Source of the DNA: Rotaria socialis
Lineage: Eukaryota
DNA: 64,000 bases
NCBI GenBank assembly: GCA_905331295.1
Contig: CAJNYD010000407.1
Location: 124,001 to 188,000, forward strand
Reading direction: 5' to 3'
The translations under genes and the position numbers were made by a program. The notes beneath the pieces were generated by a model. That model saw nothing but the letters and a program-made list of their open reading frames with translations. It was not told the DNA's origin and made no database searches. Within the stretch, counting starts at the first letter, position 1. Each line of letters begins with the position of its first letter. Shown one piece after another: positions 50,260 through 64,000 of the stretch.

Positions 50260-51503
50260 GAGAAAATATTATTATTCTCTGGTTTGATTCCAATACAAGT
50301 TCCTTGTATCGAGATGCAGAAGAAGTAAAAAAATGATCTACAAGACATTTTGGCATTTGTGTTGTCTTTCATGCTAAACTCGAAGAATGTCTCAATTTTA
50401 TTCGAACAATCAATAAAAGAATAATTTTCTTAGTTACTTATCATGTGAGTGCTGCTCAAATTCTATCATATGCTGTTCAATTTTGTCAAATCGATTCTGT
50501 TTTCATTCTGTCTACAGAAAAATTAAACTTTGGTTATCTACTGATGACTAATTCAAAAATTATGGATATTTATACCCATTTGAATTTCTTATGTGTATCT
50601 ATTTGAGAATCGATTGATTTTATTTATACAAAATTATTAACATTCAGTATATTTCATCGAGAGCAAATATCATTGGAATATACGCATATCCTAAGGCCTG
50701 CAATGAGGCTGGTAAAATTCTAAATAATATTGCTCTTATACTGAATAGGAAAACAAAATACAATAAAATCTGTGAATTTTGTCAGTATACATACAACAAA
50801 AAATTTATTCTTTAGATCATATTGATATTATTGGTAATCTAAGCAACCTTGGTCTTATACTGTATTATCAGGGAAACTATGATGATGCACCGTACTATCA
50901 TCGACGAGCACACACAATACGAAGAAACTTTTATCCCTTTGATCATATAGATATTGCTGAAAGTCTATACAATATAGGTAATAGTTTTTATCAATATGGT
51001 AAATATAACGAAGCGCTAGACTATTATTTACAGACGCTTGATACTGAAGAAAAGTTTCATTCACCTTACTTTGCTGATATTACTCTATGTCTGAATAATA
51101 TTGGTTGTACTCTTGATCAACAGAAAAAAGATGCTAAAGTCTTACATTATTATCAGCATCCACTCAAAATAAGTTAAAAATTATACACTTCTGGTCATCC
51201 TAATATGGCTTACACTCTTAATAACATAGGTAATATTCTATGCCAACAAAAGTGTTATAAGGAAGCTCTTGAATATTATCATCAAGTCTTCAATATACGA
51301 GAAAGTTTTTATCCATCTGGACATGTCGATATTGTGGACAGTTTGAATGATATTGGAATAACTTATATGGAGATGATTGAGCCAAAAATATCTCGTAATT
51401 ATTGCAACGTGCTTGGTCTCAATATGAACTAGAGTGAAAAGTTAAATATACTAATATAATAATAGTTCTGAAAAATATTCGCCATACTTCTGAAAAACAG
51501 TAA
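50260..51503 (+). pseudogene. Decayed TPR-repeat gene (42-aa kinesin-light-chain-type repeats) with an N-terminal alpha/beta domain
   Basis: ENIIILWFDSN...KK*...ECLNFIRTINKRIIFLVT...QIDSVFIL...SI*ESID, then HIDIAESLYNIG, LNNIG and HVDIVDSLNDIG repeats broken by stops and frameshifts. Confidence 0.8.
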
Positions 51504-51949
51504 ATATTTCCATTAATTACTATTGGCAATCAACTTCATAGTTATCAAATAGAAGCTCTTTAGACGTAAGCAGCAGATAATCAGTTTATTTTTTCTACTA
51601 AATTTTTATCATTTATAAAAATTATGAAAACTTATGTCACCGCTCATTTCGATTAGTATTCCAAATCTTATCATATAATATGGATTTTACTATGCTCGCT
51701 TTGATTATGAAACTCAAAATATAAATTTTCCTTTATTCATAAGAGTTGTCTCATAATTCAACTGAGTGACTAGATTCGATCTAGCTATGTAAAAGAGGAG
51801 CTTTATTCATTCAGAATAAAGAATACAACATCAATCAAGTATAAAGGCGATTGCTGCTATGCTTTTAATTCAATTTCATTTTTTTTTGATTAAAAATATT
51901 CTATTATTTACGATGCCAGGAATAAATCAGATATTCGTGTGATGGCTTA

Positions 51950-52077
51950 GGCCCCAAACACACTAGAGAAATAAAAACTGAATTAGCCACTGATTCACCT
52001 CAATAAGATGGCTTAAATCTGAATTAACCAATCACATTTCTTAATTCAGTTTTATTTTTTCTAGTGTGTTTGGCCCC
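51950..52077. mobile_element. PIF/Harbinger (Tourist-like) MITE, 128 bp
   Basis: ~36-bp TIRs GGCCCCAAACACACTAGAGAAATAAAAACTGAATTA / TAATTCAGTTTTATTTTTTCTAGTGTGTTTGGCCCC; 3-bp TTA on both sides. Confidence 0.82.
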
Positions 52078-52613
52078 TTAAACACTCACTCAGGAGCTCA
52101 TCTTATAATGTAATTGATTATCTATTTCCACCAACGAAATAAATAGTAATACGTTATATTGAAACTATTTGAAAAGAAGTCAGCCATTTACCTTCAATTT
52201 TGTGTTTGAATCGAAATATTGCAAAAAATATGTAAAAAATATAGAAATAGACATATTTTTTTAACTGTAACATCTTATTTTTCAAAATTGTTCAACCACA
52301 CAGTGACATCTGTTTAAAAGATATGATTCATCAGTATACTTATTGCTTGTATATAATTTCTATATTGTTGACAATCAGCGAATAATATTTTTTATTCCTT
52401 CATCATATATCTCATTGTAAAGGTAATTACGAACGTCTAAATATTTTTATTTTTATTTTCCTTTTATTTCAAAGATTATCTCCATACGCACAAATAAATA
52501 AATAAATATATATATATATATATATAAAGAGAGAGCGAGAGAGAGGGAGATCAGTCAATAGCTTATATTCTAGTTATGCTTACTAAGATACGAGCCAAAC
52601 TCTTCATCTGACA

Positions 52614-55600
52614 ATGAATAATCAAGCTGGTAAAATATTATAAGCCTACTTAACATAAATATAATCTTCCTATTTGTTAGAACCTCCACCCAATGCATCA
52701 CCAATGAAAAATAATATATCTCCATCATCGATGTTATCTAGCCCAACTCAACGACAAAGTCATTATCATCATAATTATACACGCTCTCCAAGTAGTGTAA
52801 CCGATTTTCAAGGTAAATAAAAGCTTTATTGATTTTAATGAGTTTTTAATATGCTATGATGTATCCTCCATAGTTATTGCTGATCGCGCAAATCGTGATT
52901 ATCAAAATGGAAATTATGAGCGTGCAGAACAATATTGTCTTCAATTATATCAACAAGAACCAGATAATACAAGTTTATTACTTTTACTCAGTTCAATTTA
53001 TTTTCAAATGCGTCGTTATGATCAGTATATACATATATATATTTCATGAGACTATTTTATTGTATATTAACCTATTTCTTTTCTTTTAGATCGATGCAAT
53101 ACAGTCTTTTAGCCACAAAACTTGATCCACATTTAGCAGAAGCTCATTCTAATTTAGCTAATGCCTATAAAGAAAAGGGTTTTCTAAGTTTAGCGTTGGA
53201 ACATTATGTTAAAGCGTTACAACTGAAACCAGATTTTATTGATGGATAGTACGTAGATTAGATTATTATTTGATGAACTAGCATATTTATTTTTTCTTCT
53301 GTAATCTAGCATTAATTATGCTGCTGCTCTTATCGCAAATTCAGATATGGAAGGTGCTGTTAGTGCTTATCTAAGAGCATTGCAATATAATCCAGTATGA
53401 TGAATAGAAGACCTATTTAATTTGGTTCGAAATTATTTTTATCTCTATAGAATTTATATGGTGTTCGAAACGATTTAGGAAATTTATTAAAAGCACTTGG
53501 ATATATTGAAGAAGCAAAGGTAAATCGAAGAATAAAAGTTCAAATTAAACATATTACTATGCATATTTATTCTAAAATTTAAGGAATGTTATTTAAAAGT
53601 GATTAAAATTCAACCAACATTTGCTGTAGCATGGAGCAATTTAGGTTGTATATTTAATTGTCAAGGTGAAATATGGTTAGCTATTCATCATTTCGAAAAA
53701 GTTAGTTTTTATTGATGGTTTTTTTTATTCATCGTCATTTCTTTTCATTTTCTTAAATAGGCAGTGGCTTTAGATCCAAATTTTCTTGATGGATACATCA
53801 ATTTAGGAAACGTTCTAAAAGAAGCACGAATATTTGATCGGTAGATAATCTCTTTTGTTAAATTTAAACTACATATTTTTCTTCTTTTAAGCGCTGTCAC
53901 AGCTTATTTACGTGCTTTAAATCTTTCTCCAAATCATCCAATAGTTCATGGCAATCTTGCTTGTGCTTATTATGAACAAGGGTAACTAAAAACCTATTAT
54001 TTTTGATTTGAAATTATTTTTTTTTGCAGCCTTATTGATTTAGCCATTGAAACATATCGTCGCGCTATTCAATTACAATCAAATTTTCCCGATGCTTATT
54101 GTAATTTAGCAAATGCACTTAAAGTACAGGGCAAGGTATGTAAATTAGTTTCTGCTTTCAAATAAACTTATTCACGAATATCAATGCAACGATTTATATT
54201 CAAATTTTCAATTATCGACGGTACATATATACGTTAATAATATAGATGGAAGAAAATCGTGCAATCGTATTTGCAATTCTGAAAATATTGAAATGATATT
54301 GCGTTTTAATCGGAAACGATTACTATTTTGTACATAGACAACGTAAGATTAAACTTGAGAAAGCAAAGGCACTGTATTTCTTATTGTTGATTTAGCTATT
54401 TTCTATAAGGAGTTAGTTGATACCTTCTTTGTTTGTAAGTTAACTGGTAAATTATTTTTGCGACGTATTACTTTGAGTAAACAATAGAATAAAATTCTGA
54501 AGTTTTTGTAAACAAGAAACACAATCAACTCATGTTGAATAGCGAACCCGCTTTTATTGGTAACAAACAGCAAATAAGTTCTGCCATTTCGTTTTAACTC
54601 ACAAATGTTTACTTGATTGATCTTCAATTCTTTCGATCAAAGCACATAAGTATTAACTAGGCAGTCCTAGAAAGACAGGAATCGACTTATTATGACATTA
54701 TTGATCTTGATACAAAATGAGAAGTATACTTATTAGAATAACAATGAAAAAGAATCAGAATTAGATGATTCACAGAGCATTGTTTTTGAATGTATGTAAA
54801 TTGGATTTAATAGTTTTGGTCAAGTGTGTACGGGCGACATTAAAGCTATAGAGTTCTATTATTACTCTCTGGAATAGGGATACATCGGTATTTAGTTAAT
54901 TACTCAATCTTGATCAATTCAATAATAATGGTTGATTGATTTCAGTCATTATTTAGAATTTTTAATTAAAATTGTGTTTGAAGGAGTTCGGTCTCTTTTT
55001 GAAAGATAATCAATTATTGCAATAAAAAAATGTTTTTTTCTCCAATGTTCATTTTGAGTTTTAAACAGATGAATAAGTTATGATGAAGTTTTTTCCCCTC
55101 ATATATCGAATATTATAGATGATTAGAATAGAAGACGACCTAATTTTAGAACACACAGTTCAAGATAAATAGTGAAGCCGAGCATAAATATGATACGATT
55201 ATTTATTCACGTAGAAGAGTGAACGTTTGCAACATATTGCCCTATTATGAAACAAATGTTTTTGTAGCTATATCGAAAAACTAGTAGATTTTAATTGTTC
55301 GAGTAAAGTTAAATTTCAAAGATGTGTACGTGTGATGATTTTCTAAAAACGTATCTGATCATTTATTTCCTACTATAGGTATTTTACTACTGTTAATAGG
55401 AATAAGATATTATATTATTCAGTTTCACGATGAAAACTACTATAATACTGCGAATTTTTAATGGTCTTACATAATATATTGCGAAATAAAAGGTTTCTAT
55501 TCGTTATAAGGAAGATTAGTTTTCTGCTACATTAATTATGCAAGTCAAAACATGATTTGATGCCCCTCGCTGATTATGTAATCATATCCTTAGTGTTTTG

Positions 55601-58600
55601 TGATCATTGACTAAAGCAAAAAAAGAAAATATTAGATTCTCATAGATACATTGGTATTAATTATATCATATATAATTCAAGAGAATAAGAAGTATTCTAT
55701 TTGTTATCAACACATTTTAAGTACCATTAGTATAAAATTAAATCTTCTTTTATTTAATATCAGAATGAAACTTTTATTTTTCAATAAAACTTGATTTTTT
55801 TCTTCTACTAGATAATATTTGATAGTATTGATCAAGATTTTTGTACAAAATAAAAATAAATTTAATGGTGAAATCTTCTATTCCTTTCAGGTCTCTGAAG
55901 CTGAAGAATGTTATAAAACAGCCCTTAGTCAATGTTCAACACACGCTGATTCTCTTAATAATTTAGCGAATATTCGTCGTGAACAATGTCAAATAGATGA
56001 AGCAATTAATTTATATAAACGCGCATTAGACATTTTACCAAATTTTGCGGCTGCACATTCAAATCTGGCATCAGTATTACAACAACAAGGTCGATTACAT
56101 GATGCATTAAATCATTATAAAGAAGCCATACGTATTCAACCAATGTTTGCTGATGCACATTCAAATCTAGGTAATACACTAAAGGAAATTGGTGATATAC
56201 CAGGTGCATTACAATGTTATACACGTGCCATACAAATAAATCCATCATTTGCAGACGCACATTCAAATTTAGCTTCAATACATAAAGATACTGGTAATAT
56301 TCTTGAAGCCATACAAGCATATAAAACAGCTTTAAAATTAAAGCCAGATTTTCCCGATGCTTTTTGTAATTTAGCTCATTGTTTACAGGTATGTGAGAGA
56401 ATATGTTCTTAGAAAATCAAATATGAATTTTTCTGTTATTTTTTAAAGATTATTTGCGATTGGAACGATTATGATAGTCGTTTGAATAAGATATGTTCAA
56501 TAATACAAGAACAACTTGAAAAAAATCGTTTACCAAGTGTACATCCACATCATAGTATGCTTTATCCGTTAACTGGTGAACAACGACGAAATATTGCTAC
56601 TCGACATGCTCTTTTGTGTCTTGAACGGGTAAATATTATTTGGTTTTCACTGATACAAAGAATAGGAAGATATTAATTTTTTTGTATTTTATTTCTAGAT
56701 TCAATTATTACATAAAAAGTCATTTAGTTATACACGAAATTTAACTACAACGAATAGTCGTCTACGTATAGGCTATGTTAGTTCAGATTTTTGTAATCAT
56801 CCAACAGCACATTTAATGCAAAGTATACCTGGTTTGCATAATCGTGAGCGTGTAGAAATATTTTGTTATTCGTTAAGTGCCGATGATGGCACTGCATTTC
56901 GAGCGAAAATTCAACGTGAAGCCGAACATTTTGTTGATCTATCGTCAATTTCTTGTAATGGACAAGCGGTAAGAATATTGAATTGACGATAAAACGTTCG
57001 AAAGGAGAATAACTAAAAACGAGCGAACACTCGAGAATTCTCAATGCAATCATATTAACTGTTCACTCAGTTGAAATAGTTAATCATTCTATATTTTCAC
57101 AAGAAAATTCTTTCCATTAGCACTTTTGATGAGATATTCTCGATTAAAGATTTGCAGAGCATGTTTTTAATCTTTACTAAATAATCCGTCAATATTGTTC
57201 ATCTGACTAGATCAGGCAGTAAAATATGTCAAGTCATGTTGACTTCTTGTAGTTTACTCTGAACCTACGAATATTTATTAACATATGGTGCATGCACAAT
57301 ATTCGATCAAATCGGACCCTCGTAGAGTACAAAAGTTGACCATAACTAACACTGTATATTGATACCATTAGTAAATTATAAACAATTATTCATCTCATTA
57401 TGTAGAACAGTTCACGGTTTACGTGAAAATAGAATATCACATCTATTGTAAAAAGCATACATCAAATGTTCAATTTTCGAAGCTTCATGCTAAATAATAA
57501 TACCTTATACATATTCAGTTAAATTATAAAGATTTTTTTGTCGTTAGTAATATCTCTTACTTCATGCAAATTTTCTCAAAATAAACACCTTTTTATTTCT
57601 ATTGATTATTTAAAGTTTTACATCAGTTACTGTTGCCGTTATTTAATTGTTGAAATTATAGTTATATCTATTAAATTTTGACGTGGACATTAGTTTAAGT
57701 CAACTAATGTTGTTTTACTCTTTTTATAATCAACTTTTCGTATTTTCATGATAAATTAGTAAAAATTTGTATTCATCTTTCCAATCAAGTTTACACGCAT
57801 TCCCAGTAAACAAGTATTTGTAATCTTAAAACTTATTGTCGATTGACTAAATCATATTGTAAATAGTTTCACAATGAAAATATCATCGTTTATATATTCA
57901 TTTACTTAAAATCTATTTCATTTGATTAGGCTGATTGTATTTATTCCGATGGAATTCATATATTAGTAAATTTAAATGGTTATACACGTGGTGCTCGTAA
58001 CGAAATCTTTGCTCTTCGGCCAGCACCAATACAAGTTATGTGGCTTGGATATCCAAATACATCTGGCGCACCATTTATGGATTATTTGATATCAGATGAG
58101 ATAACGTCTCCACTAACATTGTCATCTCAATATTCAGAAAAACTTGCATATATGCCATATACATTTTTCATTGGAGATCATGCAAATATGTTTAGTCATA
58201 TGACAGAAAAAGCAGTTATTGTTGAAAGTCAACAAGATAGTAACAGTAGTATAATAACAACAGTCGATAATCGATCTATTGTTAATGGTACAAATTTAAA
58301 GCCAATACTTGAAAGAAGTGATGTTAAGGTAAAGTTTTGTGTTAATGATTATTTAGAAATAAAAAGCATTATAAGAAGATAATCATTATTTTCTAGACAA
58401 TAACAGTAAAAGTTTCAGCTGTCGATGATGACGATACTGGTGAAACAAATCCAAAAAAATGTAAAGAAGAAGTTATTACTTCATTGGTTGAATTACCGCA
58501 AGCAACAGTGGTTCATCAGTTGTTGCAACAAGGCCATAACGAAGTTAGTATAAATGGTATTGTTGCACAAAATGGTACAACAACATTACAAGTATTTGAA

Positions 58601-59475
58601 AAGAGTTTCTTTTCTGTAAAGATAGGCAATTTTCCTGTTTTTGTTTTAATGAATAGACAAGTTGCCGCGCAGCAACAGGTGAAGAAGTTCCTCAAACAGT
58701 TTTATTAACAACACGAGCACAGTATGGTCTACCAGAAACTGCCATTGTCTATTGTAATTTTAATCAATTATATAAAGTTGATCCAACAACAATGCGTTGC
58801 TGGTGCAATGTAAGTTATTTGAGCAGTCGGATTTTTTGTTGATGTATTTATATCTAGATTTTAAAACGTGTGCCAAATAGTGTACTTTGGCTTCTACGTT
58901 TTCCAGCAGCAGGCGAAGAGAATATAATACAAGCAGCAAAATCATATGGAATTGATTCAACAAGATTAATTTTTTCTAATGTTGCACCAAAAGAAGAGCA
59001 TGTTCGACGTGGCCAACTATCAGATATTTGTCTTGATACACCGTTATGTAATGGTCATACGACTGGCATGGATGTGCTGTGGGCTGGTTAGTTTATTTCC
59101 TTCATTTTTTGGTTTTTGTTTTGCAATTTCAATCTAATCAAATGTTTGCTTCTTATTATAGGTACTCCTATGGTATCACTTCCTCTTGAAACATTAGCAT
59201 CACGTGTTGGCGCATCATTATTACATACTATTGGTTGTCCTGAATTAGTTGCTGAAACCTATGACGATTATGAAAATATAGCTGTTCGTCTAGGCAATGA
59301 TCCGGTCTATTTAAAATCTATTCGAGCTAAAGTTTGGTCACGTCGTTTAACAAGTCCGTTATTCAATACAGCATTATATACACAATATTTAGAAGAGCTT
59401 TTTATAAAAATGTGGGACAGATATAAAAATAATTTATTACCAGATCATATCAGAGCAACAACAGCATTAAATTAA
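52614..59475 (+). CDS. OGT: O-GlcNAc transferase (TPR array plus GT41 catalytic domain), many exons
   Basis: TPRs ([40 protein letters not shown]), [77 protein letters not shown]. Confidence 0.97.
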
Positions 59476-60043
59476 ACAGTTTTGGATTGTCTTTTCTTTT
59501 TGCAACTTCTTCTTTGGAAACAGGAAACTATTTTTTTGATCTTCTTCTTCTTTTTTTTGTCTCATATTGAGATGTTGTTCATGTTCTTCTTTTCTTTTTT
59601 TTTTATTCTTGATATTCATGAAAAAAGGCAGAAATAAAAAGAAACGATTTTCTTTTATATGGCATATAACTATCTTTGTTCATTTAGTAGTTTATTTTGT
59701 TTGTCTAATAGTTCGGATGTATGAAATGTGTGCTTGTAGCCTATTTGTTTGTTTGCATCAGGTGATGGGGTGTCCGTACAGTGTATAGTAGCTTGACGCT
59801 GCTTTTTTCTGCTACTCCGACCAGAAAAAAAACAGGAAAGCAAAATAAAGTGAAGGAAGAAATAAGGCATCAGGTGATCATCGCACCTTTTCTTGAATAA
59901 AAATATTTATTACTTGTTCTGTTCCTACTTTTAACCGATTGGAACAAAATAAAGTGCTCTTTTTCTTTTATTCTTGCAGCAAAACCTCATGATAAAGTTG
60001 TGTGAATTTTTTGTTTTTCAGATGCAAAAATTTACAACGCACG

Positions 60044-62809
60044 ATGACCGACAAAATAAGTAAATATTTTCTCCACTGATATGTGATTCTTTCTTTTAAT
60101 ACGGCAATATTGAAAACTCTTGATTAGACTATACAAATAATATACAAGTAACGATCACAACGACAATATCGAGCGTTTCGTTGCACTCTGTGCATTCAAG
60201 ACAATTTATTTTTGGAATTTCGTTAGCATTGTTATCAAGTTTATTTATTGGCTCAAGTTTTATTTTAAAAAAAAAAGGTTTACTTAATTTAACTAATTCT
60301 AATGGATCTATTAGAGCAGGTTTGTGAATCGAATTAATTCATATTTTGTTTTTGAAAATTTAACAATCTGAATAGGATCAGGTGGTTTTGGATATCTATA
60401 TGAAATTCAATGGTGGGCTGGATTGGCAACTATGGGGCTTGGAGAATTATGCAATTTTGCAGCCTATGGATTTGCTCCAGCATCGGTTGTTACGCCACTT
60501 GGTGCATTGTCAGTTTTAGTCAGGTACATATTGCATATAGAATGTCACAAAACTTGAATATTTCTTATATTATTCAAATAATCTATTTGCTTGTTTCATA
60601 AAATATTAATGTATTCTCTGAAGTAGTGTGTCGTTTATTCTCATGAGAGTACTTTTCATGACTTTAGAAATCATTTTTGAATTCAAATTCTATATATGAG
60701 ATAGATATCAAACAAATGCGAAAGATTTTAAAACGAAATAAGAGGTATTAGATCTTCTCTATCAACTTAAACTCATTTTACTAAAACATTATCATATACT
60801 ATAGCTATAGTATGCATGTAGAAAAGTATCAAGTGTAGACATTTTGATCCGTTTCTCCATGTCGTGCGCTAACTTAATTAAAAGCATGATAGAGTATCTT
60901 TAACTTCGAAGGAAAAACCTGAAACTATTACATATTTTGGAATTTAATTCATCACGAGTTTTGCCATTAAATAACAAGTTTGAAAGACTATTTTGTTAGA
61001 TAATCGTCTTTGTCTATGTAGGTTTGAGAAACAAAATAGCTTGATTAATGAACAAATATAAATCAATTACGATTATAAAGCAAAGACTCAAGGTCAAGTT
61101 TAGTAAAATCAGATAAAATGATAACGCCATACGAGAGTGTTTTTCAACACGTTGACTAGACTGTGTTATACTTGAAGATCTGCAAATATTCGGAGAGATT
61201 AAAAAGTAAAGACTCAAAGATGTTTCATGGCGTCTGTTAGAATGAACTACAATCAAGTATTCAAGTTATTGCAAAGGCGTACTCCAAGCCAAGAATAACA
61301 GTACACTAACTAATGACTGTAGATTTCTCATTGGCAAAGTAAAAACTACTCTTTTTTTCTCTCGATGGAATCGATCATCAAGAAAGCTCGCACAATTTAT
61401 TGTGATTCATTTTCGAAACAATATGAATCTTTCCAATGTTTTTTTTCTATAAACTTGAATGATTTTTCAGAGCATTTTCGACCATATACTGTACTAGAGT
61501 TTAATAAAAGAGTTGAACGAAATTTCAAATACAACTTTCAGTTTTAACTTGGTTTTGATAAATTTTATTTGAAATTTTCATTGTATGACATTCATTGAAT
61601 TCTATTGAACTATGAATAAAATTATTTCGCTGTAATTTTTATAGAAGTATATATCCGAAAATATGTCTGAAGAAGTGTCAAGAACATGCTAACATATGAA
61701 AAAAATAATGATTCGAATGATATGAAGATATAATTAGGTTAATTTTTTCGACGAAATTTTGAGCTAGCCTTCACTCTATCGGTTTAGTTCATTTTTGTAC
61801 TTTTCTATACTAGTGCTCTGATGGCCGTTCGTTTTTTGGGTGAAAAGTTAGATACTCTTGGTAAAATTGGTTGTATTCTTACGCTATTCGGTTCCATTGT
61901 TATTATAATACATGCACCGAAAGAAAGTGAAATTAATTCATTGCTTGATTTTGCTCGTAAAGTATCAGCAATAGGTAAGAAAATATTGAAATATGTAGCT
62001 GTAAATTAATTTATTGAGATTTACTTTAGAATTTATTTTCTTTTCATTCATGACATGTATTGCAATTTCATGTTTAATTATATATTATGGGCCCCGTTTA
62101 GGTTCAAAATATGTTCATATATATGTGTTAATTTGTTCTCTTTTGGGTGCTTTTACTGTCACAGCATGTAAAGGCCTTGGTGCTGGTTTAAAAGAATTTT
62201 TTGCTCATGAATATTCATATTCAATATGGTTAACAGTTGCATGTGCCACCATCATTATAGTTTGCATTCTTATACAAATGGTTTATCTTAATAGAGCATT
62301 AGATATATTCGCAACACCGATTGTAACAACTGTTTATTATGTTTTATTTACAACCTGTGTACTGATTACATCAGGTATACTTTTTCATGAGTGGCGTTTA
62401 TTAACGTTCGTTGATGTTATGGGATGTCTTGTTGGATTTTCTATAACAACATGTGGCTTAATTTTAATTAACTATTTAAAAACCAATGCACCCTCAAATG
62501 AAATACAATCGAAAGATCGAATTGGTACGACAAATTCAAAAGTATCCTATTATCAATGTTTCTGTTCATTTTATTTTTCTTCATTTAGATAATTCTCTTT
62601 TTTCAGATCTGCTCTCGGATTCTCAACTGTCGTTAACAGAATCGTCTGGTTCAACATCAATAGTTTCTGTCAAACAGCAACACTATGCACCAGTCAAAAC
62701 TTACGCTAATCTTCGGTATAATGATAGTAATGTGTCATTCACAACGAACAATATAAATGAACAATGTCGACCATTGTTATTGGTAGATGAGTGTAATTTT
62801 AATTTTTAG
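60044..62809 (+). CDS. NIPA2: NIPA-family magnesium transporter (NIPA2-like), multi-exon
   Basis: [106 protein letters not shown]. Confidence 0.92.
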
Positions 62810-63026
62810 TAGACTTGTTATTATTGTTATCGCTACAATAAGCATTCCATGAAATAAAGTTTTTTTTTGTTGCTTTTTAATTAACGATATTTTTATGATC
62901 TCATGATTGGATATTATTTATATTTGAAATCAATAATTTGATTTTCTTCCTTAAACTTTTCTTTGTTATGTTACATAATCATATATACACATATAGTTAT
63001 ATGCGTGTGTGTGCATACGCATATTT

Positions 63027-63092
63027 GACGATTACAATGCTGATGAATGACCTTTAGTTAGTATTAGCACAATCATCAGCATTGTCGTCGTC
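63027..63092. other. 66-nt stem-loop downstream of NIPA
   Basis: GACGATTACAATGCTGATGA pairs with TCATCAGCATTGTCGTCGTC at 18/20 Watson-Crick. Confidence 0.6.
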
Positions 63093-64000
63093 TGTAAAGG
63101 TTTATGCAAGTTGATGCATATTTTTTCTCTCATGCAAATCATGTGTTACTTTTTCTTTTTTTTCTTTCATCATTTCTTTTTTATAATAAATATACACATT
63201 CGTATAACAAAAATATTACCAATACGATTTTCTATTTTATGGTTTAATGTCCTATCGAATTGGACTCTCTATACTAGATTTCTATAGGGAGTCAAAAGAA
63301 TTTCTTTTTTTTTCCATTGCTTTCATTAATCGAATCAGTTGGGAATATATATATTTCTATGTGATCAATCAATGATCGATAAGGTAAGAGAGAAAAAAGC
63401 GCTATTTTTAGAACTTGGCCTTCTCATGGTAGTTAGCTATTGAAACTGTGAAAAAGAAACGCCGATAAGATTTTATGTGTGCATATGTCTAATTGAAGAA
63501 TAATAGAAACATCGATGTATGCATGCACTCGATTTTAGACGGGTTTAATGATGCACGCGTGGCATCACAATAAGCATTATGTCATCCTATCATACGTGCA
63601 TCTCCATAAGTTCTAAACAGTCGCGATTGTCGTTGAATTCATGGGTTTTATTTATATGTTGAAATTTTCATTGAACTTTTGATGACATAAAGGAAATGTC
63701 GTTAGTACAAATAATCATTTCATTTCAATTCAATGACACTGTTTTCAATTAGAGAATAGCTATTCAAACTATGAAAGATATATACACATATGGTACTCAT
63801 CTTTTTTTTCTTTATAGTAATGACATACATTTTCTAGAAAAAAAAGTTAGAACAATGAAGAAAAAAAGCTATAAAGAATAATGTCATTGCCAAACTCCAT
63901 TTGACTGAGCAAGTAACTGTAAGTTGAAGGTTAATATGATATAACGCCTTTCTTCATATGTAGATATGAAAATAAACAAGGCCAGCAACTACTGCGACCT

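Noticed and set aside
1..64000. tRNA, rRNA and conserved miRNA seeds (miR-100, miR-92 and miR-279-like starts)
   Set aside because: Only seed-length chance matches without matching mature sequence or hairpin; no tRNA or rRNA seen by eye.

Overview
AT-rich eukaryotic genomic DNA with many ~50-70 nt GT-AG introns. Gene content and repeat style suggest a bdelloid rotifer (inference). No rRNA, tRNA or CRISPR was seen. Left to right: the 3' end of cytoplasmic dynein intermediate chain; an intronless fungal-like AlkB/2OG-Fe(II) dioxygenase (candidate horizontal transfer); an unknown 2-exon gene; a protocadherin in a gene-poor tract that also holds a 159-bp-armed foldback and a Cys-rich TM pseudogene; INPP4 (minus) with a same-strand nested ORF and an inverted copy of one of its own exon junctions; SSR1/TRAP-alpha; a tightly packed plus-strand run (RRM-less NELF-E-like, PSMA6, Ig-less DCC/neogenin-like, GPN3, BRF1); an orphan ORF; a ~7-kb island of nested DNA transposons with readable TIRs and TSDs; a TPR pseudogene; OGT; and a NIPA-family Mg2+ transporter. 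Best leads: the possible trans-spliced operon, the two domain-stripped proteins in it, the G.U-biased long hairpin, and the INPP4 intron architecture. All homology calls are from remembered motifs, not database searches.
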